Sequence record: KM407600
DNA: 64,000 bases
Origin: Shigella phage Shf125875
Reading direction: 5' to 3' (one strand)
Shown one piece after another: positions 1 to 8,861 of this stretch. The number at the start of each line of letters is the position of its first letter. Within the stretch, counting starts at the first letter, position 1. A program made the translations under genes and the position numbers. Below the pieces are notes generated by a model. The model was not told the origin of the DNA, ran no database searches, and saw only the letters and a list, made by a program, of their open reading frames with translations.

Positions 1-86
1 AAGAAGAAAAGAAAGCTAAAGCTTCGGAAGACGACGCTGATGAAGGCGATGACGACGAAGACGAAGATGATGAGGACGATGAATAA
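1..86 (+). CDS. 67: prohead core protein gp67, C-terminal fragment (truncated by window start)
   Basis: In-frame D/E-rich acidic tail ending in TAA that overlaps the next ATG (TAATG); synteny upstream of 68/21/22. Confidence 0.55.
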   Translation, partial: EEKKAKASEDDADEGDDDEDEDDEDDE

Positions 87-511
87 TGTATCTTATCCCT
101 GAATCTTATGAATTGGTACTCGAAAATGTCGAAGCACTTATTCCTGAAGCACAGGGCCGAATCGATGCATTGTCTTCTGCTCTCGATATTGACGATATAA
201 ATACTATTATCGAGAACATGCTTGAAACTGAAACGGATTTAGCTGTTGCAATGGCTTCCATTATTAATGAAGAACAGTTAAATGAGTTTATCGTTAAACA
301 TGTTTCTTCTCGTGGTGAAGTCACCCGCACTAAAGACCGTAAAACTCGTGAACGTAACGCGTTCCAAACCACTGGTCTTTCTAAAGCAAAACGTAGACAA
401 ATCGCTCGTAAGGTCGTTAAAGCTAAAAAAGCTAACCCTTCAGGCCAAGTTAAAGGCTTGCGTAAGCGTAAAAAGGCTCTTAAACGTCGTAAAGCATTAG
501 GATTAAGCTAA
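86..511 (+). CDS. 68: prohead core protein gp68
   Basis: 141-aa ORF with basic K/R-rich C-terminus; position and size match T4 gp68. Confidence 0.8.
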   Translation: MYLIPESYELVLENVEALIPEAQGRIDALSSALDIDDINTIIENMLETETDLAVAMASIINEEQLNEFIVKHVSSRGEVTRTKDRKTRERNAFQTTGLSKAKRRQIARKVVKAKKANPSGQVKGLRKRKKALKRRKALGLS

Positions 512-1158
512 TGAATAAACCCGAGTTACTTATTGAAACTTGGGGTCAACCCGGTGAGATTATTGATGGCGTTCCAATGTTGGAATCTCATGATGGAAAA
601 GATTCTGGCTTAAAACCAGGGCTTTATATAGAAGGTATTTTTCTTCAGGCAGAGGTTGTTAACCGAAATAAACGTTTATATCCTAAACGCGTTTTGGAAA
701 AAGCAGTAAGTGACTATATTAAAGAACAAGTCGCAACCAAACAAGCCCTTGGAGAATTAAACCATCCACCTCGTGCAAATGTTGACCCTATGCAAGCCGC
801 TATCATTATTGAAGATATGTGGTGGAAAGGAAACGATGTATATGGACGCGCTAGAATTATTGAAGGCGACCATGGTCCCGGTGATAAATTAGCTGCTAAT
901 ATACGAGCTGGTTGGATTCCAGGTGTTTCCTCTCGTGGTCTTGGTTCTTTAACCGACACCAATAAAGGGTACCGTATCGTGAACGAAGGATTTAAATTAA
1001 CCGTCGGCGTAGATGCCGTATGGGGACCTTCTGCTCCAGATGCTTGGGTTACTCCTAAACAAATATCAGAATCAGAATCAGAAAATTCGGTGGAAATCAC
1101 CAAAAACAGTGCTGACGAAGCATTTAAAGCTCTCGCAGAGAGTTTAAAAGCATTATAA
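511..1158 (+). CDS. 21: prohead core protease gp21
   Basis: 215-aa ORF recognised as T4 gp21-like; ATGA overlap with 68; synteny. Confidence 0.9.
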   Translation: MNKPELLIETWGQPGEIIDGVPMLESHDGKDSGLKPGLYIEGIFLQAEVVNRNKRLYPKRVLEKAVSDYIKEQVATKQALGELNHPPRANVDPMQAAIIIEDMWWKGNDVYGRARIIEGDHGPGDKLAANIRAGWIPGVSSRGLGSLTDTNKGYRIVNEGFKLTVGVDAVWGPSAPDAWVTPKQISESESENSVEITKNSADEAFKALAESLKAL

Positions 1159-1161
1159 ATA
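1154..1161 (+). promoter_or_regulatory. late promoter (TATAAATA) for gene 22
   Basis: Exact TATAAATA about 30 nt upstream of the 22 start. Confidence 0.7.
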
Positions 1162-1191
1162 ATAATGTAATCTAAACCACAGGACACTAAA

Positions 1192-2004
1192 ATGATCAAA
1201 GAACAACTTTTGAAAGAAGCTCAGAACATCGAGACTTCAGTTGCTCTTAATAGTGTTTTCGAATCAGTAGAACTGTCTCCGGACGTTAAAGCTAATTTCA
1301 GCACTGTATTCGAAGCCACCGTTAAGCAGGAAGCAGTCAAACTGGCTGAATCTCATATCAAAGCCATCGCCGAAAAGGCTGAAGAAGAAGTTGAAAAGGC
1401 CAAAGAAGATGCTGAAGAGAAAGCTGATAAAAAATTGGCTGAACAAGCTTCTAAATTCCTAGACCATCTTGCAAAAGAATGGCTCGCAGAAAACCAAATC
1501 GCAGTTGATAAAGGCATTAAAGCTGATTTGTTCGAATCCATGCTTGGTGGTCTGAAAGAACTGTTTGTTGAACATAACGTTGTTGTTCCAGAAGAATCTG
1601 TAGATGTTGTAGCAGAAATGGAAGAAGAGCTGGCCGAACATAAAGAAGAAACCGCTCGTTTGTTCGAAGAAGTTACCAAACGTGATGCATATATCAATTA
1701 CGTTCAGCGTGAAACCGCTATTAATGAAAGCGTAAAAGACCTGACTGAATCTCAGAAAGAAAAAGTTATTGGCCTGGTTGAAGGTATGGATTATTCTGAC
1801 GCATTTGGTACTAAGTTAACTGCTATTGTAGAAATGGTTAAAGGTTCTACTAAAGAAGAAGCCGCTATTACCGAAAGTATAAATACAGTTGACAATGACG
1901 CTGCCGGTCTTAATTTTGTTGCCGAAGCAGTTGACACTACCACAACTCAGGTAGAACAGAATTCTAATGTAAGTTTATATGCGAAAGTCGCATCTCGTTT
2001 CTAA
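1192..2004 (+). CDS. 22: prohead core scaffold protein gp22
   Basis: 270-aa acidic coiled-coil-like protein; TATAAATA late promoter upstream; synteny. Confidence 0.9.
   Translation: MIKEQLLKEAQNIETSVALNSVFESVELSPDVKANFSTVFEATVKQEAVKLAESHIKAIAEKAEEEVEKAKEDAEEKADKKLAEQASKFLDHLAKEWLAENQIAVDKGIKADLFESMLGGLKELFVEHNVVVPEESVDVVAEMEEELAEHKEETARLFEEVTKRDAYINYVQRETAINESVKDLTESQKEKVIGLVEGMDYSDAFGTKLTAIVEMVKGSTKEEAAITESINTVDNDAAGLNFVAEAVDTTTTQVEQNSNVSLYAKVASRF
1878..1885 (+). promoter_or_regulatory. late promoter-like TATAAATA inside the 3' end of 22 (possible gene 23 promoter)
   Basis: Exact TATAAATA 137 nt upstream of the 23 start. Confidence 0.4.
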
Positions 2005-2021
2005 TTTAAAGGTTAACACAA

Positions 2022-3590
2022 ATGACTACTATCAAAACTAAAGCTCAGCTCGTAGACAAATGGAAAGAACTGCTGGAAGGTGAAGGCCTGCCGGAAATCG
2101 CTAATAGCAAGCAGGCTATTATCGCTAAAATCTTCGAAAACCAGGAAAAAGATTTCGAAGTATCCCCTGAATATAAAGACGAGAAAATCGCTCAGGCATT
2201 TGGTTCTTTCTTGACCGAAGCTGAAATTGGTGGTGACCACGGTTATAATGCTCAGAATATTGCAGCAGGTCAAACCTCTGGTGCAGTAACCCAAATTGGG
2301 CCGGCAGTTATGGGTATGGTTCGTCGTGCTATTCCTAATCTGATCGCTTTTGATATTTGTGGTGTTCAGCCTATGAACAGCCCGACCGGTCAGGTATTTG
2401 CTCTCCGTGCAGTATATGGTAAAGACCCTATCGCTGCTGGCGCTAAAGAAGCTTTCCATCCGATGTATGCCCCAGACGCGATGTTCTCTGGTCAGGGTGC
2501 TGCTAAGAAATTCCCAGCTCTGGCTGCTGACACTACCACCGTTGTAGGTGATATCTATACTCACTTCTTCCAAGAAACTGGTACTGTATATCTGCAAGCT
2601 TCTGCTATCGTAACACTTGATTCTGGTGCAACTGATGCAGCTAAATTAGATGCAGAAGTTAAGAAACAAATGGAAGCTGGTGCACTGGTAGAAATCGCTG
2701 AAGGTATGGCTACTTCTATCGCTGAACTCCAGGAAGGTTTCAACGGTTCTACCGATAACCCATGGAATGAAATGGGCTTCCGTATCGATAAACAAGTTAT
2801 CGAAGCTAAATCTCGCCAGCTGAAAGCTGCTTACTCTATCGAATTAGCACAAGACCTCCGTGCAGTACACGGTATGGATGCTGATGCTGAACTGAGCGGT
2901 ATTCTGGCTACGGAAATTATGCTAGAAATCAACCGTGAAGTTGTTGATTGGATTAACTACTCTGCACAGGTTGGTAAATCTGGTATGACCCTGACTCCGG
3001 GTTCTAAAGCCGGTGTATTTGACTTCCAGGACCCGATTGATATCCGTGGTGCTCGTTGGGCCGGTGAAAGCTTTAAATCTCTGTTGTTCCAGATTGATAA
3101 AGAAGCAGTTGAAATTGCTCGTCAAACCGGTCGTGGTGAAGGTAACTTCATTATCGCTTCCCGTAACGTAGTTAACGTACTGGCTTCAGTTGATACTGGT
3201 ATTTCTTACGCTGCACAGGGTCTGGCTTCTGGGTTTAATACCGACACTACTAAGTCTGTATTTGCCGGTGTACTTGGTGGTAAATACCGCGTATACATCG
3301 ACCAGTATGCTAAACAGGATTACTTCACCGTTGGTTACAAAGGCGCTAACGAAATGGATGCAGGTATTTACTATGCTCCTTACGTTGCACTTACCCCACT
3401 GCGTGGTTCCGATCCTAAGAACTTCCAGCCGGTAATGGGCTTTAAAACTCGTTACGGTATCGGTGTTAACCCGTTTGCTGAAAGTTCCCTGCAGGCTCCA
3501 GGTGCTCGCATCCAGTCCGGTATGCCGTCTATCCTGAACAGCCTTGGTAAGAACGCTTACTTCCGCCGTGTATATGTAAAAGGCATCTAA
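2022..3590 (+). CDS. 23: major capsid protein gp23
   Basis: 522-aa ORF, N-terminus MTTIKTKAQLVDKWKELLEGEGLPEIA recognised as T4 gp23. Confidence 0.97.
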   Translation: MTTIKTKAQLVDKWKELLEGEGLPEIANSKQAIIAKIFENQEKDFEVSPEYKDEKIAQAFGSFLTEAEIGGDHGYNAQNIAAGQTSGAVTQIGPAVMGMVRRAIPNLIAFDICGVQPMNSPTGQVFALRAVYGKDPIAAGAKEAFHPMYAPDAMFSGQGAAKKFPALAADTTTVVGDIYTHFFQETGTVYLQASAIVTLDSGATDAAKLDAEVKKQMEAGALVEIAEGMATSIAELQEGFNGSTDNPWNEMGFRIDKQVIEAKSRQLKAAYSIELAQDLRAVHGMDADAELSGILATEIMLEINREVVDWINYSAQVGKSGMTLTPGSKAGVFDFQDPIDIRGARWAGESFKSLLFQIDKEAVEIARQTGRGEGNFIIASRNVVNVLASVDTGISYAAQGLASGFNTDTTKSVFAGVLGGKYRVYIDQYAKQDYFTVGYKGANEMDAGIYYAPYVALTPLRGSDPKNFQPVMGFKTRYGIGVNPFAESSLQAPGARIQSGMPSILNSLGKNAYFRRVYVKGI

Positions 3591-3614
3591 TCTTAATTGA
3601 TTAAATCTTATTTT

Positions 3615-3639
3615 GGGAGACTTCGGTCTCCCATTTTTG
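3615..3639 (+). terminator. rho-independent terminator after gene 23 (UUCG-loop hairpin plus U-tract)
   Basis: gggagacttcggtctccc followed by atttttgg. Confidence 0.75.
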
Positions 3640-3642
3640 GTT

Positions 3643-3912
3643 TTATTTCTGTGCAATTTCGATGTAAGTTTTCAAAATATTTTGCCAATTAGGCATACCT
3701 TCTTGGACATATGCCGGAGAACCGTCTTTGTTTTTGAATGATGCAAGTTTATCAGTGGCCCAATAACCTTTAGCTCGAGCTTCAGAATCAACTTTCATCC
3801 ATACTTTGTTGAAGGCATTACCATTAACTTTTGCACCATATTTTTCTACTAACTTAACTGCTTCAGCTTCTAGAACTTTTAAAGTATCTCGTAAGAAACG
3901 TGCTTTAGTCAT
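3643..3912 (-). CDS. hypothetical protein (between 23 and 24)
   Basis: 89-aa ORF on the opposite strand, preceded by an early-type promoter at 3943-3972. Confidence 0.5.
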   Translation of the reverse strand: MTKARFLRDTLKVLEAEAVKLVEKYGAKVNGNAFNKVWMKVDSEARAKGYWATDKLASFKNKDGSPAYVQEGMPNWQNILKTYIEIAQK

Positions 3913-3942
3913 TTTGTTTACTCCTCTGTAGTTGATAAGTCT

Positions 3943-3972
3943 ATAGTATCACACGCCAAATACGTTGTAAAC
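3943..3972 (-). promoter_or_regulatory. early sigma70-type promoter (-35 GTTTACA, -10 TACTAT)
   Basis: Reverse complement reads GTTTACA, 17 nt spacer, TACTAT; upstream of ORF 3643..3912. Confidence 0.6.
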
Positions 3973-3978
3973 AATCTT

Positions 3979-3986
3979 TATAAATA
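3979..3986 (+). promoter_or_regulatory. late promoter for gene 24
   Basis: Exact TATAAATA 28 nt upstream of the 24 start. Confidence 0.7.
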
Positions 3987-4013
3987 ATCTATATCACATA
4001 AGGAAAAAATGCA

Positions 4014-5297
4014 ATGAGTAAAATCCAAAAATTATTGCGTGAATCTACAACGTCTACTAGCAACTCAATCGGTCGCCCAAATCTCGTTGCTTTGACTCGC
4101 GCTACGACTAAATTAATATATTCTGACATTGTAGCAACACAAAGAACTAATCAACCTGTTGCTGCTTTTTATGGTATCAAATATCTTAACCCAGATAACG
4201 AATTCACATTTAAAACTGGTGCTACTTATGCAGGCGAAGCTGGATATGTAGACCGAGAAAAAATTACTGAGCTCACAGAAGAATCAAAAGTCACACTAAA
4301 TAAAGGTGATTTTTTCAAATATAATAATATCGTCTATAAGGTGTTAGAAGATACACCATTTGCAGATATTCAAGAAAGTGATCTAGAATTAGCTCTTCAG
4401 ATTGCAGTCGTTCATTTAAAGGTACGGTTATTTTCAGATGCAGCGGTAACAAGCAAATTTGAAAGCTCTGATAGCGAAATTTCTGATGCAAGATTCCAGA
4501 TTAATAAATGGCAAACTTCAGTCAAATCTCGTAAACTTAAAACCGGCCTCACGGTTGAATTAGCGCAAGATTTGGAAGCGAATGGATTTGATGCCCCTAA
4601 CTTCTTAGAAGATTTGCTTGCTACTGAAATGGCTGATGAAATTAATAAAGATATTCTTCAGTCTTTAATTACTGTATCGAAACGTTATAAAGTTACTGGA
4701 ATTACTGACACCGGATTTATTGACTTGAGTTATGCATCAGCTCCAGAAGCAGGTCGTTCATTATATCGAATGGTGTGTGAAATGGTATCACACATTCAAA
4801 AAGAGACAACTTATACTGCAACGTTTTGTGTAGCCTCAGCTCGTGCAGCTGCTATTCTTGCTGCTTCCGGTTGGTTAAAACATAAGCCAGAAGATGACAA
4901 GTATCTTTCACAAAATGCTTATGGATTCTTGGCAAATGGATTACCTCTTTACTGCGATACCAACAGCCCGTTAGATTATGTTATTGTGGGTGTTGTAGAA
5001 AATCTCGGCGAAAAAGAGATTGTAGGTTCCATCTTTTATGCTCCATACACTGAAGGAATGGATTTAGACGACCCGGAACATGTCGGTGCATTTAAAGTTG
5101 TAGTTGATCCGGAAAGCTTACAACCGTCTATAGGTTTATTGGTTAGATATGCTTTATCAGCAAATCCTTACACAGTAGCAAAAGATGAAAAAGAAGCGAG
5201 AGTAATTGATGGCGGGGACATGGATAAAATGGCAGGACGTTCAGACTTGTCTGTTTTACTCGGTGTTAAATTGCCTAAAATTATTATAGATGAATAA
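4014..5297 (+). CDS. 24: capsid vertex protein gp24
   Basis: 427-aa ORF with late promoter upstream; gp23 paralogue position. Confidence 0.92.
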   Translation: MSKIQKLLRESTTSTSNSIGRPNLVALTRATTKLIYSDIVATQRTNQPVAAFYGIKYLNPDNEFTFKTGATYAGEAGYVDREKITELTEESKVTLNKGDFFKYNNIVYKVLEDTPFADIQESDLELALQIAVVHLKVRLFSDAAVTSKFESSDSEISDARFQINKWQTSVKSRKLKTGLTVELAQDLEANGFDAPNFLEDLLATEMADEINKDILQSLITVSKRYKVTGITDTGFIDLSYASAPEAGRSLYRMVCEMVSHIQKETTYTATFCVASARAAAILAASGWLKHKPEDDKYLSQNAYGFLANGLPLYCDTNSPLDYVIVGVVENLGEKEIVGSIFYAPYTEGMDLDDPEHVGAFKVVVDPESLQPSIGLLVRYALSANPYTVAKDEKEARVIDGGDMDKMAGRSDLSVLLGVKLPKIIIDE

Positions 5298-5300
5298 ACG

Positions 5301-5331
5301 AAAAAGGGACCGTAAGGTCCCTTTTTTTTTT
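5301..5331. terminator. bidirectional terminator between 24 (+) and rnlB (-)
   Basis: aaaaa-gggaccgtaaggtccc-tttttttttt; A-run and T-run flank the hairpin. Confidence 0.8.
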
Positions 5332-5332
5332 G

Positions 5333-6340
5333 TTATGATACTAATTCAATCCATGCAGGACGCAGAACATCTTGCACCATTCGGACTAATTCTTTCTTAA
5401 CAAGATTCGGATTATCAGATGATGTTAATACAATACCTTCACGAGAAGTTTCTTCCAGAATATCTTGGACAGTCAATCCCATCACTTTGCCAAAATCTTT
5501 TGGCGTTACAGTCCCAATCTTAGAAATAACATTATTAACACGATTTAATGTAACATAACAAGCTAGAACATCAAGCAAGTTTTTGTCAACTTCGGTTAAT
5601 GGAACCTGAGTTTTAATAGGCTTATCAGACTTTTTCTTTTCACTGAATTTAGAGTTCTTGCACTTAATCGCTACACGAGCACCGTTTGGCAGCCATTTAG
5701 GGAAACAAGGCTTCAGAACATAACCTTCTGCCGTATTATCGCCAATAACATTAGCATCAAATACACAATTATTTGCTTCTACAAGGTCTTCTGACGCAGT
5801 AGCATTATAAGCGGCTAAGACGGAATCAAGGTCATTTGGAATCATGATAAGAGAATCAAATGTTCCACGTCCAAGCATTGGTGCCATTTTAAAACCGAAT
5901 TCATTACAGAAATCTTGCATTTCGTAATCACTCATGTAATAAGTATCAGCACTTTCTGTGTTTATGATGATATCGAATACATAGAAATCTTTTTCACCAT
6001 AGTCAACACCTTTCTGGATTCCACCACCAGCGAATTCACCAAAGACTTGATATGACACCGGCACTGAAGTTGAAATACTGTCCATGACTTCTTGAACGGC
6101 TTTAATAGCTTTATCATACTTCTTGAGTACGATTTCATAACCATAAAAATCTTCTGCTAGAAGAATAGGGCCTGTGCGCTTGGCGCATGTGACGTTGTCA
6201 CGTTCAATTATTAACGAGAAGTTGGTCCCATGGATTTTCTCACGTGCTACCCAAACACCAGTAGTCAAACCATTAGTGTAGAGTTTTTCAATAAACTTAG
6301 AGTTGTAGTGGTTTTCAAGACTGCTGTATTTCTTAAACAT
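5333..6340 (-). CDS. rnlB: RNA ligase 2 (RnlB)
   Basis: 335-aa ORF with nucleotidyltransferase Lys motif (EKIHGTN); T4 position after 24. Confidence 0.85.
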   Translation of the reverse strand: MFKKYSSLENHYNSKFIEKLYTNGLTTGVWVAREKIHGTNFSLIIERDNVTCAKRTGPILLAEDFYGYEIVLKKYDKAIKAVQEVMDSISTSVPVSYQVFGEFAGGGIQKGVDYGEKDFYVFDIIINTESADTYYMSDYEMQDFCNEFGFKMAPMLGRGTFDSLIMIPNDLDSVLAAYNATASEDLVEANNCVFDANVIGDNTAEGYVLKPCFPKWLPNGARVAIKCKNSKFSEKKKSDKPIKTQVPLTEVDKNLLDVLACYVTLNRVNNVISKIGTVTPKDFGKVMGLTVQDILEETSREGIVLTSSDNPNLVKKELVRMVQDVLRPAWIELVS

Positions 6341-6377
6341 AAATCACCATTATAAATAATAATATCAAAATAATTAG

Positions 6378-6394
6378 CAGAGACTCTGTCTCTG
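6378..6394 (-). terminator. hairpin downstream of the 24.2-position ORF
   Basis: cagagac-tct-gtctctg followed by an A/T-rich stretch. Confidence 0.35.
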
Positions 6395-6459
6395 ACCAGA
6401 TGTTTAATTTGAATGGATAGAACCTAGATTCATTATACCATCAAAAAATGTAAAGCATA

Positions 6460-6711
6460 TTAGAACTTGATTTCTATCCAATGACCATCACGCTGGTCGT
6501 GATTAATTTTGTACTGAAAGCCGTTATCACGAAGCCATTGACCGACTTGCTCGGTGATAGTTAAATCATTCTTTGACGGGTAGTACGTGAATTGTGTCTG
6601 GCCTTTGTCAGCGGCTTTCTCTGCCATCACAGAGAAGTTAGTAATAAAATCACTCAACAAATTGGCTTTAGTGGCCAGAGCCCTTTCTCTTAATTCCTGT
6701 GCAAAACTCAT
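6460..6711 (-). CDS. hypothetical protein (24.2 position)
   Basis: 83-aa ORF; synteny only. Confidence 0.5.
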   Translation of the reverse strand: MSFAQELRERALATKANLLSDFITNFSVMAEKAADKGQTQFTYYPSKNDLTITEQVGQWLRDNGFQYKINHDQRDGHWIEIKF

Positions 6712-6908
6712 TTCTTCACCTTTTTATTAATCAGACGTTTACGGTATACAACTTTTTCTTTTGCTTTAAACTTTGACCGAGCTGTCTCGGCTTTAGTCCA
6801 TAGTAATCCAACTTCTTTAGGTTGTAAACCGATTTTTTGAGCAATTTCTACGAATGAAAATCCCGCCTCATGTAATGTATAAACTTCAACTTCAGCTCTC
6901 ATAATCAA
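6708..6908 (-). CDS. small putative helix-turn-helix DNA-binding protein (24.3 position)
   Basis: 66-aa ORF; HTH-like segment FSFVEIAQKIGLQPKEV; track start is TTG, an in-frame ATG lies at 6902. Confidence 0.45.
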   Translation of the reverse strand: MIMRAEVEVYTLHEAGFSFVEIAQKIGLQPKEVGLLWTKAETARSKFKAKEKVVYRKRLINKKVKK

Positions 6909-6969
6909 TCCCGTATTATTTGGTTTGTGCCATTATATACATCAATCTCAAGTTGTGTTTTTATGCTTT

Positions 6970-6996
6970 AAAAACGAAGAAAGGGGCCGAAGCCCC
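6970..6996 (-). terminator. terminator after hoc
   Basis: Minus strand reads ggggcttcggcccc then tttcttcgttttt. Confidence 0.65.
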
Positions 6997-7002
6997 TTTC
7001 GA

Positions 7003-8133
7003 TTATGGATATGTATAGATGATACCAGTTTCCAAAGCAGTTTTATGGACGATGTATCCATTACGTGATTCTTGAACATCAACTTCTGGGTAGTCTTTCA
7101 TCATCTTCTGAAGCGTATAACGATGCAGGTAGTATTTACTATCTGGATCTTCAGTTTTCCAATCTTTACCTTCTTCAGTCATTTTTTGGATTTCATCCAT
7201 AACCCACCAACCGCACCAGATGTAAGCTGAGGTACGATGTGGAAGAGGATGAACATAAGGTAATTCACCTTCTGGTTCCGGAGCAACTTTATCAGTCACT
7301 TGAACTTGACCTTCTGCTGTAATAGTTTTGCTATCATAATCAGCAGCAGTAACAGTTGCAGTCACTTCAATAGTTTGACTTCCAACAGATGAAGTATCAA
7401 CGGTATATACATTAGTCGACCCTTCTACAGGAGAAGAATCTTTCTTCCATGAATACGCAATTTGCGCTTCTTCTGGAGCATCAGTGACATTAGCGGTAAA
7501 TGTAGCCGAAGCATCTTGTTGAACGTTAATAGAAGGAGGAGTCAATGTAACCTGTGGATTCATTGTCTTCTTATTAACTGTTAATGATACTTCATTAGAA
7601 GTAACTTCCTTTGCATCATAATCTGTTGCGGTTACTTGGGCTACACACTTGATCTTTTTAACTCCGCTTGTGGTAGGAGTGTAATTGAATGTAGCGCTAG
7701 TCGCTTCGCTTACAGGAGAATCGTCAACATACCATTGATACGTAGCAGATGCACCTGATGGCTGCGAAGCCAAAGCAGCAGTAAATTTAACAGCTGTTCC
7801 AATTACTCCAGCTGAAGGACTATTGGGAGTTACTGCCAACGTAGTTGACTGAGTTTTATTTTTAACCGTGATAGTCGTAGTAATTTCTGCTGTTTCAGCA
7901 TCAGTATCTGGGACTGTGTTTGTTGCAACTACTTTAATAGTCTTTTGTCCAGCAGGACCCTTTAATACATAACTAAAAGTTGCTTCAGCTCCATCTTGTG
8001 GAGCATCGTCTACAGTCCAAGCATAAGTAATAGTTCCACCTCCAGTTTCACCACTGGGCGTAGCAGTAAACTGCTTAGTCTGATCTATAACTCCAGTAGG
8101 CGTTTTAGGAGTTATATCAACTGTAAAAGCCAT
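7003..8133 (-). CDS. hoc: head outer capsid protein Hoc (Ig-like repeats)
   Basis: 376-aa ORF with tandem Ig-like T/S-rich repeats and conserved C-terminal capsid-binding region. Confidence 0.85.
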   Translation of the reverse strand: MAFTVDITPKTPTGVIDQTKQFTATPSGETGGGTITYAWTVDDAPQDGAEATFSYVLKGPAGQKTIKVVATNTVPDTDAETAEITTTITVKNKTQSTTLAVTPNSPSAGVIGTAVKFTAALASQPSGASATYQWYVDDSPVSEATSATFNYTPTTSGVKKIKCVAQVTATDYDAKEVTSNEVSLTVNKKTMNPQVTLTPPSINVQQDASATFTANVTDAPEEAQIAYSWKKDSSPVEGSTNVYTVDTSSVGSQTIEVTATVTAADYDSKTITAEGQVQVTDKVAPEPEGELPYVHPLPHRTSAYIWCGWWVMDEIQKMTEEGKDWKTEDPDSKYYLHRYTLQKMMKDYPEVDVQESRNGYIVHKTALETGIIYTYP

Positions 8134-8142
8134 AAGTTATCC

Positions 8143-8811
8143 TTATTTTAATGTTACGAAAGAAGAATTACGAGTTTCACGAATTAGAACTGATCCATCG
8201 CGATTAATATAATAAATTAAGCTAAATAATGTTTGGTGTGCAGACGCATGTTCAAAACTGGTTGGGCGAGATTTCCAATCAGGTGTTTCGGCTATCCATT
8301 GATAAATCCACCAAGGAACAGTAACATACCCTGGGCCTTTGCCTAATTTAATGAGTGTAGGACTAAAATTTTCAGGCAGAACAAATTTTACTTCTTTATT
8401 TACTTCTGGCTTGGGCTCTTTTTCAGATTCAACAACCTGAGTAATTGCTTCTTCAAATTTATCATGGTCGAATTCTATTTCTTGTTCGACAACTTCTAAT
8501 ACTTCAACTTGTTCTGTTGGAGAATCAAACAACAGAATAGCTTCTTCTTTAACTTCTTCGTTGGTGAAATTAACACCGTCTACATCATCTGCGGCAGTAA
8601 TTAAATCAGTGATAGATAATCCATCAGTTTCAGGTAACGGTTCATCAGCCAGTTCGTTAAGAGCTTCTTCGATATCAATAACAATATTATCGAATGATTT
8701 TGTTTTCTTAACACTAATGCCAAATTGTTCCGCATATTCAGACAGTTTAGCTTTGGCTTCCTTTTTATCAGAAAGAGCACGTAACTCTTCAATATAGTCT
8801 TTATCGATCAT
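8143..8811 (-). CDS. inh: Inh, inhibitor of prohead protease
   Basis: 222-aa acidic protein at the T4 inh position. Confidence 0.7.
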   Translation of the reverse strand: MIDKDYIEELRALSDKKEAKAKLSEYAEQFGISVKKTKSFDNIVIDIEEALNELADEPLPETDGLSITDLITAADDVDGVNFTNEEVKEEAILLFDSPTEQVEVLEVVEQEIEFDHDKFEEAITQVVESEKEPKPEVNKEVKFVLPENFSPTLIKLGKGPGYVTVPWWIYQWIAETPDWKSRPTSFEHASAHQTLFSLIYYINRDGSVLIRETRNSSFVTLK

Positions 8812-8824
8812 GGTATTTCCTCAT

Positions 8825-8832
8825 TATAAATA
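8825..8832 (+). promoter_or_regulatory. late promoter for uvsW
   Basis: Exact TATAAATA 30 nt upstream of the uvsW ATG. Confidence 0.65.
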
Positions 8833-8861
8833 TAACTATATTTATTACATGGTAATTTGAC

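Noticed and set aside
106-2597. Several minus-strand track ORFs antisense to genes 68, 21, 22 and 23 (for example 106..372, 714..1199, 1353..1697, 2013..2597)
   Set aside because: They lie wholly inside well-supported plus-strand structural genes and have low-complexity or Ser/Cys-rich translations typical of antisense artefacts.
6351-6358. Plus-strand TATAAATA late-promoter consensus just upstream of the rnlB start region
   Set aside because: There is no plus-strand gene downstream (the next genes are all on the minus strand); most likely a chance occurrence in AT-rich sequence or at most an antisense transcript.
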